Below are positions 1 through 9,536 of a DNA stretch of 64,000 bases, one piece after another. The notes below the pieces were generated by a model. That model was not told where the DNA came from, did not search any database, and saw nothing but the letters and a program-made list of their open reading frames with translations. The DNA lies in IMG/VR virus record IMGVR_UViG_3300015606_001334, positions 96,001 to 160,000 of that record, one strand, 5' to 3'. Origin of the DNA: a virus. Lineage: Duplodnaviria > Caudoviricetes. The stretch's first letter is position 1; each line of letters starts with the position of its first letter. The translations under genes were made by a program, and so were the position numbers.

Positions 1-134
1 AAATCCGATCACAGAAGTTGAACCCAAAATTGACAGTGAGTTCAAAATATAGAGCGGAAAAGAAGGACTTAGCCTTGTCTCCCGTATCCTGATCGTAGTT
101 TAGTTGGAGAAAGACTGCAAAATAATCTTCTTTC

Positions 135-407
135 TTACCACTTTTGTTTCGGACACTCAGACCTAGCATACATTACCTTTAAATCCATTTGACAGCCACA
201 CTCTCCACAAGTTCTCATCAACTTTTTAAATTGAGGACAACCTTGGCAAATTTGAATGCGAACCTTTTTAAGTTCCGCAGGAACGAACTCTGCAGTCATT
301 AGAAGAGTTTCTTTGAGCGCTTCTTTTGCTGTGTACATTTTCGAAATGAAAAATGTTGTTTGATGACAGTATTTATAGGTGAATGGTAAAAGTGACCCCC
401 CCCCCAC
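135..407 (-). CDS. small Cys-rich zinc-finger-like protein (true start probably the internal MYTAKE)
   Basis: CQGC...CGECGC...CPKQKW pattern; TATAAATA late promoter near 370-377. Confidence 0.6.
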   Translation of the reverse strand: MGGGSLLPFTYKYCHQTTFFISKMYTAKEALKETLLMTAEFVPAELKKVRIQICQGCPQFKKLMRTCGECGCQMDLKVMYARSECPKQKW

Positions 408-430
408 AACTAAAGATATTCCGTATATCT

Positions 431-631
431 TTAAAGAATTGAATCTAAATCAATAATTCCTCGATGGTTGAGGTATTCTAGTGCGATCATGTACTCTTCG
501 TACTCTTTCTCTGTCATTTCACAAATGTACTTCTTTGAGTACCCAGAAAGAGTGAGTGCCTGATTCAGGTTTAGGAAATGAAATAACTTCTTGTAGAACT
601 TCTTTGATTCTTGCTCGTATTCGGCGCTCAT
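431..631 (-). CDS. hypothetical protein
   Basis: 66-aa ORF in - strand gene array. Confidence 0.55.
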   Translation of the reverse strand: MSAEYEQESKKFYKKLFHFLNLNQALTLSGYSKKYICEMTEKEYEEYMIALEYLNHRGIIDLDSIL

Positions 632-664
632 GAAAATACCCCAGAAAATCTGAGGTATTTATCC

Positions 665-1060
665 TTAGTAACCGCCTTCACTGTAAACTACAATGTCGTC
701 AGATTCGAAGTCAATTTCAGTGTTGCAAAGCATGGCTTCTATACCGCCATCCTCGTCAGAGGCATAACCACTGTATACCGTGAATCCTTCTTTCAGCAAC
801 TTTGCTTGCTTGCAACCATTTTCAATAGCTTCTTCGATTGTGTCGTATCCCCAGTTGTAGAGAATTTCTTTTTCATCGTACTTGTTCGCGCGATTATACA
901 TGACCTGAGCCATATCGACTGCGATACGATACATTGGGCTATCTTCAGGAACCCTAAACAAACTTACGAGGGTATCAACATCCAGTTTCTTGTCACCGCG
1001 AAGTGCAACGATGAACGAAGAGCTGGAACTGTTTGAAACAAAACCAGCTCTTACTTTCAT
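665..1060 (-). CDS. MKxRxGFVSNSSSSSF-leader protein
   Basis: N-terminus MKVRAGFVSNSSSSSF; overlaps the stop of its paralog. Confidence 0.8.
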   Translation of the reverse strand: MKVRAGFVSNSSSSSFIVALRGDKKLDVDTLVSLFRVPEDSPMYRIAVDMAQVMYNRANKYDEKEILYNWGYDTIEEAIENGCKQAKLLKEGFTVYSGYASDEDGGIEAMLCNTEIDFESDDIVVYSEGGY

Positions 1061-1545
1061 GATATTGCCTTGCTGAAACTTTCGTAGTTGCCGAATTCTT
1101 TGCGAGCTTTCTCGATGACGAATTCACGAGTTGAACCATGTTCCTTGAGGATGTAGGTCAAGATGTCGGAATCGCTGAGAGCTTCAAGAGCACAAATTGG
1201 GCAGAGTTCTTCAGGCAACTCGTCGTAGCCCATATCAGACATGGTGCTGCTAGAGAAGTAGCGAAGATCTAGCTCCATCAATTCTTGAATTTGGTCTGCT
1301 TCTTCAGCTTCAAGGAAGTCTTGATCGTCGCACTTTGGATCGTCCTTGATCTTAGCGAGGATTGACTTAGCTTTTGCTTCAGTCATTGGGGTGATGTGTT
1401 CACGACAGAATTCGTGACCGTTTTCGCATTGCGCGAAATCCATGTCGTCATAGGATGCGTCGTACCCTGATTCGACATTACCGCAAACCTCACAGATAAA
1501 TGAGGATGAGGATGAGTTACTTACAAAACCTTTTCTAATTTTCAT
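1057..1545 (-). CDS. MKxRxGFVSNSSSSSF-leader protein with Cys/His metal-binding motifs
   Basis: MKIRKGFVSNSSSSSF then CEVCG, CENGHEFC, CPIC. Confidence 0.8.
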   Translation of the reverse strand: MKIRKGFVSNSSSSSFICEVCGNVESGYDASYDDMDFAQCENGHEFCREHITPMTEAKAKSILAKIKDDPKCDDQDFLEAEEADQIQELMELDLRYFSSSTMSDMGYDELPEELCPICALEALSDSDILTYILKEHGSTREFVIEKARKEFGNYESFSKAIS

Positions 1546-1546
1546 T

Positions 1547-1801
1547 TTACTTCTCCAAACTTGATTGCCAAACTATTCCATAAACTTTTTGTTGTAAATC
1601 CAAAACGTCGGTGTAACTAACACTTTCACCCTCGATGCATGACGCCGCAAAGGATTGGACTGCATCATTTACTCCTTGTGCAGCCCTATCTTTTGCGCCG
1701 ATGATCTGTGCGAGATGGTTGATCAACTCAACATTTTGCTCTACGTTGTATTTAACGAATAGGGCTCGTAATTCACTACGGTAGAAACTGTTTTTGTCCA
1801 T
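1547..1801 (-). CDS. hypothetical protein
   Basis: 84-aa ORF, abuts neighbours. Confidence 0.6.
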   Translation of the reverse strand: MDKNSFYRSELRALFVKYNVEQNVELINHLAQIIGAKDRAAQGVNDAVQSFAASCIEGESVSYTDVLDLQQKVYGIVWQSSLEK

Positions 1802-2202
1802 CAGGCTTTCTTCTTTGGAACCAGCTTCAGAAGATCCGAACGACGAACAACAATTGTCTTTTCTGGAAGAGCGTCCAACTGGACCAACGCGGTTTCTTCA
1901 CGAACACCGCAGACCGTAGCCTTACAGAAGAAGCAGCCTTCAGCGTCGAGAAAGTCGATGTAATCACCCTTTTCAAGGTTTTTATCTTCAACATACTGTG
2001 GCTCAAGAGGGTTGCCGATCTGTTTAAAGAACCAAGAAAAATCTTGGGCCTCAGTCATCTTCTTAAGCATTTCCTGACCGGTCTTAGTTACCTGCTCAGC
2101 AACCTTAGGATCAAACATTTGGAAGGATGGAAATTTAAACATGTTAATCACCAAATTCGAATTTTTGACGGCATTCCACAAATCCCTTGAACCCATCGGC
2201 AA
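1801..2202 (-). CDS. hypothetical protein (true start probably MFKFP near 2142)
   Basis: ORF coupled to the upstream gene. Confidence 0.55.
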   Translation of the reverse strand: MPMGSRDLWNAVKNSNLVINMFKFPSFQMFDPKVAEQVTKTGQEMLKKMTEAQDFSWFFKQIGNPLEPQYVEDKNLEKGDYIDFLDAEGCFFCKATVCGVREETALVQLDALPEKTIVVRRSDLLKLVPKKKA

Positions 2203-2938
2203 CGGGATCTTGTGTCTTACCCTTATTGAAATGATACAACCACATCTTAGACTTGATTTCTGGAGGAAGAGTATTCAAGTCGGAATAGTGTGCGTGAACC
2301 CCAGACTTAAATGAAGTTTCGCAGTCTTGGAAGATGACATCAGCAGACTTGTAAAAGTCCATGATCTGGTTTGGCGCATGTTGAGTATCAGAAGTCCAGA
2401 AGATCCTGTTTACTGAGTCACCATTAGCAATAGTGAACATTAGACCGAAAGATGGAACAAACACGTAACCATTCATTATGTGAATGACTTGAACTAGCTC
2501 AAATGTAATATTTTCCCAAACGAAAGATCCATTTGGACGAATCTTCTTTACGTTGAAGAAAGTATTCAGGTCAGCTACTTCACCTTGAATTGATTCCATC
2601 CCTCCTGCAAGAGATTTATCCCAAAGATCTTTTGCAATCATAGACGAGATGAACAGATTTGGGCGTTCCTGGCCTGGAGTAAATTTCTTGATGAAGCCGA
2701 GTCCTTCCATACCACCAATATGATCAGCATGAGCATGACTGATGTACAAGTCGGTAATGTCGGTCATCTTGAATCCTGCATCACGAAGAGAGAAACGGAT
2801 ATCCGTTCCACAATCGAGAAGCAATTTTCGATCATTCCTTTCAATCAGGATGTTTGACTGATAGTTGTCAACTTCATCATAAAATGCTGATGCTGACCCT
2901 AAGAAGGTGATAGTAGTCTTACTCATAGTTAATTCCAA
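2144..2938 (-). CDS. metallo-beta-lactamase-fold hydrolase (RNase Z/BN-like)
   Basis: FLGS, LLLDCG, SHAHADH (HxHxDH), SDT, HAH, LYH motifs. Confidence 0.85.
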   Translation of the reverse strand: MELTMSKTTITFLGSASAFYDEVDNYQSNILIERNDRKLLLDCGTDIRFSLRDAGFKMTDITDLYISHAHADHIGGMEGLGFIKKFTPGQERPNLFISSMIAKDLWDKSLAGGMESIQGEVADLNTFFNVKKIRPNGSFVWENITFELVQVIHIMNGYVFVPSFGLMFTIANGDSVNRIFWTSDTQHAPNQIMDFYKSADVIFQDCETSFKSGVHAHYSDLNTLPPEIKSKMWLYHFNKGKTQDPVADGFKGFVECRQKFEFGD

Positions 2939-3068
2939 GAATGGCGGCCGCGAGAGTCGTTATCGTAACGGTAATAATCGTGCCGATGGTGGTGATGATG
3001 CCCATCGTCAATGATGATAGGCATACATCCAGAAAGGATCGCTAAAGCGAGAATAATAGGAATGATTC

Positions 3069-3713
3069 TCATAGTCCGATCATTTCTCGGCAAATAATGA
3101 CTCGCCAAATTCCTTTTAGGATTTCAGTGGACATTTCATCAGGATGCATTCCGTCGAGATGCGGATTTGCAGGATCCCAAAGCTTGAAGGTATTACGGAT
3201 CCAACGACCAACAGAGTGGTGGAATTGAATCATGTCGGATTCTTTTTGACACTTGAGAATCTGGACAATGTCTTCACCTCGAATGTTCTTTACCATGTAC
3301 TCAAGGATCTGCTCAGCTGTCCAATAGACGCCTTCTTCCGCGGGAATGTAGTTGATACCAACTTCCTTGGCTTCTTGTTCGGTTTCAACTTCAGTTTCGA
3401 TATGATTACGCGAAGAATTATGCGGGGCAATAGGGACAGTGGCACAAAGAATTTTCACTTCGCGGCCATCACCCACTGCAACAATTTCCTCAGTAATTTG
3501 AGGCTTCTGATATTTCTGAGCGAGTTGCGCAATTTCCCAGGCCGCTTGCCAAACTTCCCAAGCTGATTGTTTACCCGACATGACCGTGTATCGGCCATTT
3601 GGGTATTTGTGACGATCGTATTCGAGAGTTTCGGCAGGATGCCAATTCGCATGTTGATCGCGTTTTTGTTGAGAATACCAATCCTCAAATTCTAATCTTA
3701 TTTTGTCCATCAT
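3069..3713 (-). CDS. hypothetical protein
   Basis: 214-aa ORF; C-terminal HHSVGRWIRNTFKLW motif. Confidence 0.65.
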   Translation of the reverse strand: MMDKIRLEFEDWYSQQKRDQHANWHPAETLEYDRHKYPNGRYTVMSGKQSAWEVWQAAWEIAQLAQKYQKPQITEEIVAVGDGREVKILCATVPIAPHNSSRNHIETEVETEQEAKEVGINYIPAEEGVYWTAEQILEYMVKNIRGEDIVQILKCQKESDMIQFHHSVGRWIRNTFKLWDPANPHLDGMHPDEMSTEILKGIWRVIICREMIGL

Positions 3714-3857
3714 CTAAAGCTCTTATAGTTTTGATTAACGAAATCTCTTGCTTCTTTCCAAAGAGGGTAGTAAACAACTCTGCCTGAGCAGAAATCCATT
3801 TTTGTCCCCCATTGCTTTGGAAATTTGCAACCGTCCTTCTTTGTTTCTTTTATGAAC

Positions 3858-4235
3858 TCACAGTTCAGGCACGTCGGCCGCTTTATCCCCATAAGGTTTC
3901 CTTGAATACATTTCACACATCCCATGAGGATTTTCAAAGAACGTGATATGAGGAGAAAAGTCAGGAGATGCACAGCCCCAACCAACGACATTCGAAACTG
4001 CGGTCTTCACGAGAACTGCACGATTCCATGGATGACCGGTAATGGGTTTCTGATGGACACAATTGCAACAGCAACACCCATCACGATTGTGTTCCTTGTC
4101 AGCCCACCCCTTAAGGCAGTAATCCTGAGACTCTGCCTTAACGAGGGCCAGGGAAATCCGTTCTCTATCCTCAAAAGGATAATGATTCAGATTTCTGTCC
4201 ATCAGTCTGCTCCGTGATGGTCGATTGGTTGCCAC
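3858..4235 (-). CDS. Cys-rich hypothetical protein
   Basis: GCCCCNC motif; start probably MDRNLN. Confidence 0.55.
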   Translation of the reverse strand: MATNRPSRSRLMDRNLNHYPFEDRERISLALVKAESQDYCLKGWADKEHNRDGCCCCNCVHQKPITGHPWNRAVLVKTAVSNVVGWGCASPDFSPHITFFENPHGMCEMYSRKPYGDKAADVPEL

Positions 4236-4786
4236 GTTTTCTTTGCCATGGTTTTCTTAACCTGCTCGTATGAGACAGGATAGAAATCCCAGCAGTCAAC
4301 ACCAATGTCAAAGCTTCGAGAAGTAGGGTCGTCAGGAAGTGAGCCATGGCTATGACCATACAGATGAAACGCTCCATGATGAGACTTATTCCAAACACGC
4401 ATAGCGTAATGGCATAGAGTGATAGACTGCCGACCACCACGAGCATCAGTATCTGCAACATAGATTTCCTTAAACGGTGCTTTACTGAATGATTGGAAAC
4501 ACTTCATGACTCGCTCATTGTACATAGCTTTGTCATGATTTCCAGATACGAAATGCTTCTCACCATTCATGCTTTGAAGGATTTCGATAATGTTCTCAGG
4601 ATCGCTATAGAAAGCAAAATCCCCGATAAAATAGACTATGTCCTTCTTCGTGACAACCTCGTTATGACGTGTGATCAATTCTCTATCCATCTCGTACACG
4701 GTACCAAACGGTCGATTCGCGTATTTGAGGATGTTCTTATGACCAAAATGATGGTCTGAAGCAAAAAATGTTCTTCGATTGTCCAT
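4202..4786 (-). CDS. calcineurin-like metallophosphoesterase
   Basis: SDHHFGH, GDF, GNHD, HY, GHSH motifs. Confidence 0.9.
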   Translation of the reverse strand: MDNRRTFFASDHHFGHKNILKYANRPFGTVYEMDRELITRHNEVVTKKDIVYFIGDFAFYSDPENIIEILQSMNGEKHFVSGNHDKAMYNERVMKCFQSFSKAPFKEIYVADTDARGGRQSITLCHYAMRVWNKSHHGAFHLYGHSHGSLPDDPTSRSFDIGVDCWDFYPVSYEQVKKTMAKKTWQPIDHHGAD

Positions 4787-4815
4787 TTGTTTTTCTTTCT
4801 TCTGTTATTTGGTGA

Positions 4816-5313
4816 TTATATCATAGAATCGGAGTTGTGTAAACTCCAATTCAAATCCAGCGGCTCGAATTTAATTTTGGACGGCTTCAGACAAAAATCA
4901 GGAATTTCGATCAGCGAATGATCGAAATCCTTCGGAACGGAGTACGATAAAGTAATGTGGGGAATGTAGTCGTCAAAATCGTGTTGAGCACCCTCTTGTA
5001 TCAATAGCTCATGAACGTCAATTAGCGGATCTGCATCTAGCAACATTACTAAACACGCGCTATCGTCTTCATGTTGTCCAAGCAGTGTAAAACCTGAAGG
5101 ACAAAAGCTTTGCGCATTTGGCAGATGAATATCTTCACCAACTGGGCAAGGAAAATCTTTACGACTATAGACAACTGTAGTATGGATTTGCTCTTTTGGA
5201 ACCGGCATAGGGATCAAATCGTTTTGACCTTCTAGCCAAATCTGCAGTTTATGCAAACTTTCCTCATCATAAGAACAAGAGGCATAGATACCAGTTTGAC
5301 GACGTTCTTCCAT
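4816..5313 (-). CDS. 2H phosphodiesterase, T4 gp57B/Acb1-like anti-CBASS protein
   Basis: two HxT motifs (HTTVVYSR, YIPHITLSY), C-terminal EPLDLNW as in the 57B family. Confidence 0.75.
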   Translation of the reverse strand: MEERRQTGIYASCSYDEESLHKLQIWLEGQNDLIPMPVPKEQIHTTVVYSRKDFPCPVGEDIHLPNAQSFCPSGFTLLGQHEDDSACLVMLLDADPLIDVHELLIQEGAQHDFDDYIPHITLSYSVPKDFDHSLIEIPDFCLKPSKIKFEPLDLNWSLHNSDSMI

Positions 5314-5780
5314 TACTTTTGAAACTCCGCTAATTCAAAACGACCATCTTCGAACTCTTGAATCGGCCTGACCCAAATTCGGCCTTCCCAGACCTGTTCA
5401 TAGATTGCGACAGGCGTCTGGTCCTTTTCGATCTTGCCATATCCAATGACTTCGTAAATGCCACGAGTCTTAACATGACGAACGGTTTGGCCACGAGGAA
5501 ACTTCCGCTCAGAGTCCATCGCGGATTGTCTCTTCTTAATGGCAATGCGTTTTTCAGCGCCTGCGTCGCGACCAATCGCATAAGCTTCATGCTCATCCGT
5601 GCCTTCCTTAAACGGGTTGCAATAATCATCTTTGCCATCTAGCCCATGCCCGTAACCGGATTCATAGGCGTTGCAAATCGTGTACACCTTTGAGACCATT
5701 TCAGTACTCGCAGGCCTTAAACGCCTTCGAGATTGCTTCGTGCGCGGCATCAAGAGAAATGGCGGGATAATGGGTATCAT
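5313..5780 (-). CDS. hypothetical protein with C-terminal DUF1653-like domain
   Basis: RHVKTRGIYEVIG...AIYE...WVRPIQEF.DGRF. Confidence 0.65.
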   Translation of the reverse strand: MIPIIPPFLLMPRTKQSRRRLRPASTEMVSKVYTICNAYESGYGHGLDGKDDYCNPFKEGTDEHEAYAIGRDAGAEKRIAIKKRQSAMDSERKFPRGQTVRHVKTRGIYEVIGYGKIEKDQTPVAIYEQVWEGRIWVRPIQEFEDGRFELAEFQK

Positions 5781-6272
5781 CGGTGTAGGTTCCGATTTCT
5801 ACCATCGGCGTATCATTTTGTTGAGGCTTTGCCTTAACGTAACGAATGTTCCCGAGAGGAATAACAACGTTACCAATTTTTACTGGGAAGAACTTGAACT
5901 TGTCGCTACCAACTACTTGCATTTAAAACTCCTTATTGATTTTCAGGCCAAATTACCGCATCTGCTTTACCGGTCAAAACTAACCAAGCTGCGCGGATTC
6001 TCCAAGATATGGGCCCAGACAAAGGTCTCGCGGGAACCCATTTACCGTTGATTTGAGCTTGTGTGCTCACGGCTTGCTCGAGCAAGCTTCTTAGTGTATA
6101 AATCATTTCATATTCTTCACTTTAACATTTCCGCATTTTTCGCATTGGAGATGATACCGAGTAAATCGGTCGCAAACCTCATCCCAATCATCAGTGACTG
6201 TCACTGTAACGTCATTGATGATTTTCCATTTGTGCTCACACCCACCGAACAGCATCCGCCAGAATTTAAGAA

Positions 6273-6857
6273 TCATGAACAGAATGCTCTTTCTAGATTG
6301 TGGAACTTGATGTACCGAGTTTCGGGATCATCTGACATGTGATAAATCGTAACTTCAATGTTGTACACATCACCAAGCCGATTCTTACCATTACAGTAAG
6401 CACTCACGTATTCTCGATAAGTATTGCCAGATTTCGTATCTTCGATAGAAACGTAGACATGTTTCGGGTTTGAGATACCAATGAGCTTGTAACTTCTAAT
6501 CTCAGTGCTGTCAGTTACCGAGTGATTTCTGTTAGCGTTGATTTGCTTTCCCAGCTCGGACATCACGGTGTCCGTTGACATCACAAACATTGGAAAAGTA
6601 ATGATCGCCATTGAAATCAGTCCAACCTTATACCAACCATCGACATTAGACAGGAAGCGATTCAACGCTGTCAGTCGTTCATATTTTGGGTCAACCTTGT
6701 CAAGGCCACAGCGGATCGGCATAATAACAAGACAGTACAAACCTAAACCGATAATGACTAGCACAACCCAAGAAAGGCCCCAAGCCAACCCGTGCATGAC
6801 GAAGGCGAAGGCGAATGTCAAAATCGAATAAAGGACGGAGAAGAATGTTTCAATCAT
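6273..6857 (-). CDS. membrane protein
   Basis: three hydrophobic segments in the N-terminal half. Confidence 0.7.
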   Translation of the reverse strand: MIETFFSVLYSILTFAFAFVMHGLAWGLSWVVLVIIGLGLYCLVIMPIRCGLDKVDPKYERLTALNRFLSNVDGWYKVGLISMAIITFPMFVMSTDTVMSELGKQINANRNHSVTDSTEIRSYKLIGISNPKHVYVSIEDTKSGNTYREYVSAYCNGKNRLGDVYNIEVTIYHMSDDPETRYIKFHNLERAFCS

Positions 6858-7696
6858 ATTTCAGTATTCCAGCGAAGTTTCTTATGGAGAACCTCAAAGA
6901 AGTTCCAATTTTCGCCGTGCATAAGTACAGCAGATTGGTTCGCCTTCGAGAAGCTAAATAGCCGATCAATTCGACGGCAAGGCGGAGTGTAATCATCTCC
7001 ACCGCCATCGTCGATAGAATCAAATTCGCTGATCACTTGACCATCAGCTATGAGGTTGTACTTTACGCCGTCTCGCAAAGAAAGCTTGACGGAAACTTTT
7101 GAATTCTCGCTAACGACAACACTTCGAGAATTCAGCGACATTGCCGCAATAGGAGTGATTTGGAAAACGCCGGCATCAGGCTGGAGAATTGCGCCGCCAA
7201 CTGAAAGGGAATATGCAGTCGATCCAGTCGGTGATGAGATGATCAACCCGTTAGCATGGTGTGCACCACTGCTGATACCATCGACATAGAATTCGTATTT
7301 GATGGTATCCTTTGCCAGAACCGGAGAAATCACGAACTCATTGATCGCATTTCGACGGGTGGTCGACTCATGGATAATCGAGCGAGGTTCAAGCTTGAAC
7401 TTGCCATTCGCAATGGCAATGACTGTTTCTTCGACCTGCTCGGGTTGAAATTCAGCGAGGAAGCCGATCTTACCGATGTTGAAGCCAATTGCTGGCTCAG
7501 CGTACTCTTTAGAGAGTCGCATGGCATGCAGCATAGTCCCATCACCACCAACAGCAACAAACAATGCTGCATCTTCGGGGCTTGAAACTTCTTCCCATTG
7601 AACTGCACTTGCGACATTTCGGATTCGAGCGACGATACTTGAGACTCGTTGGGAATCAGCATCGTCGAGTTTCTTGATGATGTAGAACTTCATCAT
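6854..7696 (-). CDS. nadK: NAD(+) kinase
   Basis: GGDGTML, G.IGFL, AINE, SSPTGSTAYSLSVGG, ADG motifs. Confidence 0.92.
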   Translation of the reverse strand: MMKFYIIKKLDDADSQRVSSIVARIRNVASAVQWEEVSSPEDAALFVAVGGDGTMLHAMRLSKEYAEPAIGFNIGKIGFLAEFQPEQVEETVIAIANGKFKLEPRSIIHESTTRRNAINEFVISPVLAKDTIKYEFYVDGISSGAHHANGLIISSPTGSTAYSLSVGGAILQPDAGVFQITPIAAMSLNSRSVVVSENSKVSVKLSLRDGVKYNLIADGQVISEFDSIDDGGGDDYTPPCRRIDRLFSFSKANQSAVLMHGENWNFFEVLHKKLRWNTEI

Positions 7697-8436
7697 TACA
7701 CCTCGTACCGAGCAACTTCGACGTGTTCGATTTGACGGGCTTTGAGCAACTTCGGCTCAAGAATGCGGATTCGAGAAATCTTGAGGGCCTTCTTTTCGCC
7801 CTTCCATTCCCGCCAATCAGGACGTTCAGAAGCAAAGCGTAGGGCACGCTCCATCATGACATCAATGACTTCCTTCGGCGGAACTTCATCAAAGAAGATT
7901 GCTACACTCATGTAGGCTGGCCATTTGTTTGGTTTAGTCTTACTTTTTGCTTCAACGAGTTCGCTTTCCAACCGAACTTTAGTTCGCTCGCAAGCTTCCT
8001 TAGTCCAACCACCTGGCTTATCATCAGGCTCAAAATTGCCGGTTGAAAGCCGTTCATTTACCATATTTAATTGACCCGCGCTATAGGCCTTTACGCTTTC
8101 GTAATGGTCTTTTATTGCTTGTTCTTCAGTTGATGGATTGTCAAGATAATGCTTACCCATACCATTATTGTACCAGCCTGGAGTTGGCCAAATACTTGCA
8201 GGACGATGACAACCGTGGTCGTCTGATTCCGAGACGATGTGCTCTTCGATCCATTCGAGAGTATTGTTGAAGGTATCTTGAGCAAGTTCTTCGAGGGCGT
8301 TTTCAATCAGCTCATCGCCGACACCACAATCACCAACTTGTCCAGTAATGAACGCGCACATTGGGCGCTCAAAATTACCGGAATACTCGTTGGTATCGAT
8401 TGCAACGACAACACTCGTAACGTTTTCTGCGGCCAT
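7696..8436 (-). CDS. hypothetical phage protein
   Basis: 246-aa ORF with GAGGA RBS. Confidence 0.7.
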   Translation of the reverse strand: MAAENVTSVVVAIDTNEYSGNFERPMCAFITGQVGDCGVGDELIENALEELAQDTFNNTLEWIEEHIVSESDDHGCHRPASIWPTPGWYNNGMGKHYLDNPSTEEQAIKDHYESVKAYSAGQLNMVNERLSTGNFEPDDKPGGWTKEACERTKVRLESELVEAKSKTKPNKWPAYMSVAIFFDEVPPKEVIDVMMERALRFASERPDWREWKGEKKALKISRIRILEPKLLKARQIEHVEVARYEV

Positions 8437-8489
8437 CTTTAATTCCTCATCGGGTTAATATGTGAATTATATCACACTTTAGCAAAAAT

Positions 8490-8762
8490 TTAAACGTTTG
8501 GGTCGTTATGCCAAGACGTAAAAAGCTTGAGCTTCTTTTCCATTCGCTCAGCCATAAAATCGCCGTCTAGCTCGAAATTCTTCGAGACAAGCATACATGA
8601 AGCAATGACATCAGCCATTTCTTCTTCAAGCCGTCTTTTCATGGATCCTTTTCCGTCAGGATGTTGGTCAGTATCCATGAATGCTTGCTTCTTCGCCGCG
8701 ATCTGTATAAGTTCGCCGCATTCCTCAATGAGCTTTGTCAACCCATTAGCATGCATCGTCAT
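8490..8762 (-). CDS. MazG-like nucleotide pyrophosphohydrolase
   Basis: KLIEECGELIQ...LEEEMADV motif. Confidence 0.75.
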   Translation of the reverse strand: MTMHANGLTKLIEECGELIQIAAKKQAFMDTDQHPDGKGSMKRRLEEEMADVIASCMLVSKNFELDGDFMAERMEKKLKLFTSWHNDPNV

Positions 8763-9308
8763 TTCTTACAGTCCTTTATGTCGCCTTTGCCAGAAGCTAC
8801 AGCTTGGTAACAAGCTTTTTCGACTTCTTTCTTCTGCCAACTATCGAAAGCGCTACCACCTGCGATAGTCAAAAATAGAACGGAAAGACAAATTGATTCC
8901 CACTTGCTCATTACAGCTCACCTTTCTTAGCACGTTCTGCACCTTTATATTCTGCAGCCGTAACAGCCCCCGCCAACAGAGCTATTACAATGTAGAACTT
9001 GAGGCTGAGCAGTGTCGAAACCGACACCGGAAAAATCAAAGCCAATGCGATTCCGTTTAGTACACCGGCAAGAGTGAATCGAAAATTCATGCGGATAATC
9101 CTTTACTTTCTAAAAATGCATCCCAAAGATAACCATCTTCCATCGCCACAGTTAGGGTGTGTCCATTACAAATAACTCTTTCACCATGACAATTGTCCAT
9201 AATGAATTCGGCGTATTCTTCGGAATATTGAAGATCATCCAATTCTTGTTCAGCGACACACATGACAGCGAATCTCCAAAGAGAATAGTAAAATGAGGTT
9301 TAGGTTTG

Positions 9309-9343
9309 GCTGCTAATGGATGAACTCAATCATCCATTAGCAG
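9309..9343 (-). terminator. hairpin terminator after the 44-aa peptide gene
   Basis: ctgctaatggatga...tcatccattagcag inverted repeat. Confidence 0.55.
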
Positions 9344-9351
9344 ATGAAGTA

Positions 9352-9486
9352 TTACTTGGATTCTTTCTTTACAGTTACTTCAGCTTCGATTTTTTCTTTC
9401 AAAGATTCTGGAGTAGACTGTTCACCGGAACGGATAGAGAAAGAGTCGCTGCTGGTGTAGCTCTTAAAACCGAATTTGAACTTCAT
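9352..9486 (-). CDS. 44-aa peptide MKFKFGFKSYTSSDSFSIRSG... (not in ORF track); candidate radical SAM substrate
   Basis: AAGGAG RBS, TAAATA late promoter near 9531, N-terminus resembles the MKxRxGFVSNSSSSSF leader. Confidence 0.65.
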   Translation of the reverse strand: MKFKFGFKSYTSSDSFSIRSGEQSTPESLKEKIEAEVTVKKESK

Positions 9487-9536
9487 GTTGGTCTCCTTAA
9501 GGACGTTGATAACAATACTGCTTGCGCAAGTATTTA

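Noticed and set aside
9127-9138. agataaccatc match to the GGTTATC module
   Set aside because: It lies inside a small coding region and lacks the partner strand and AACCG element
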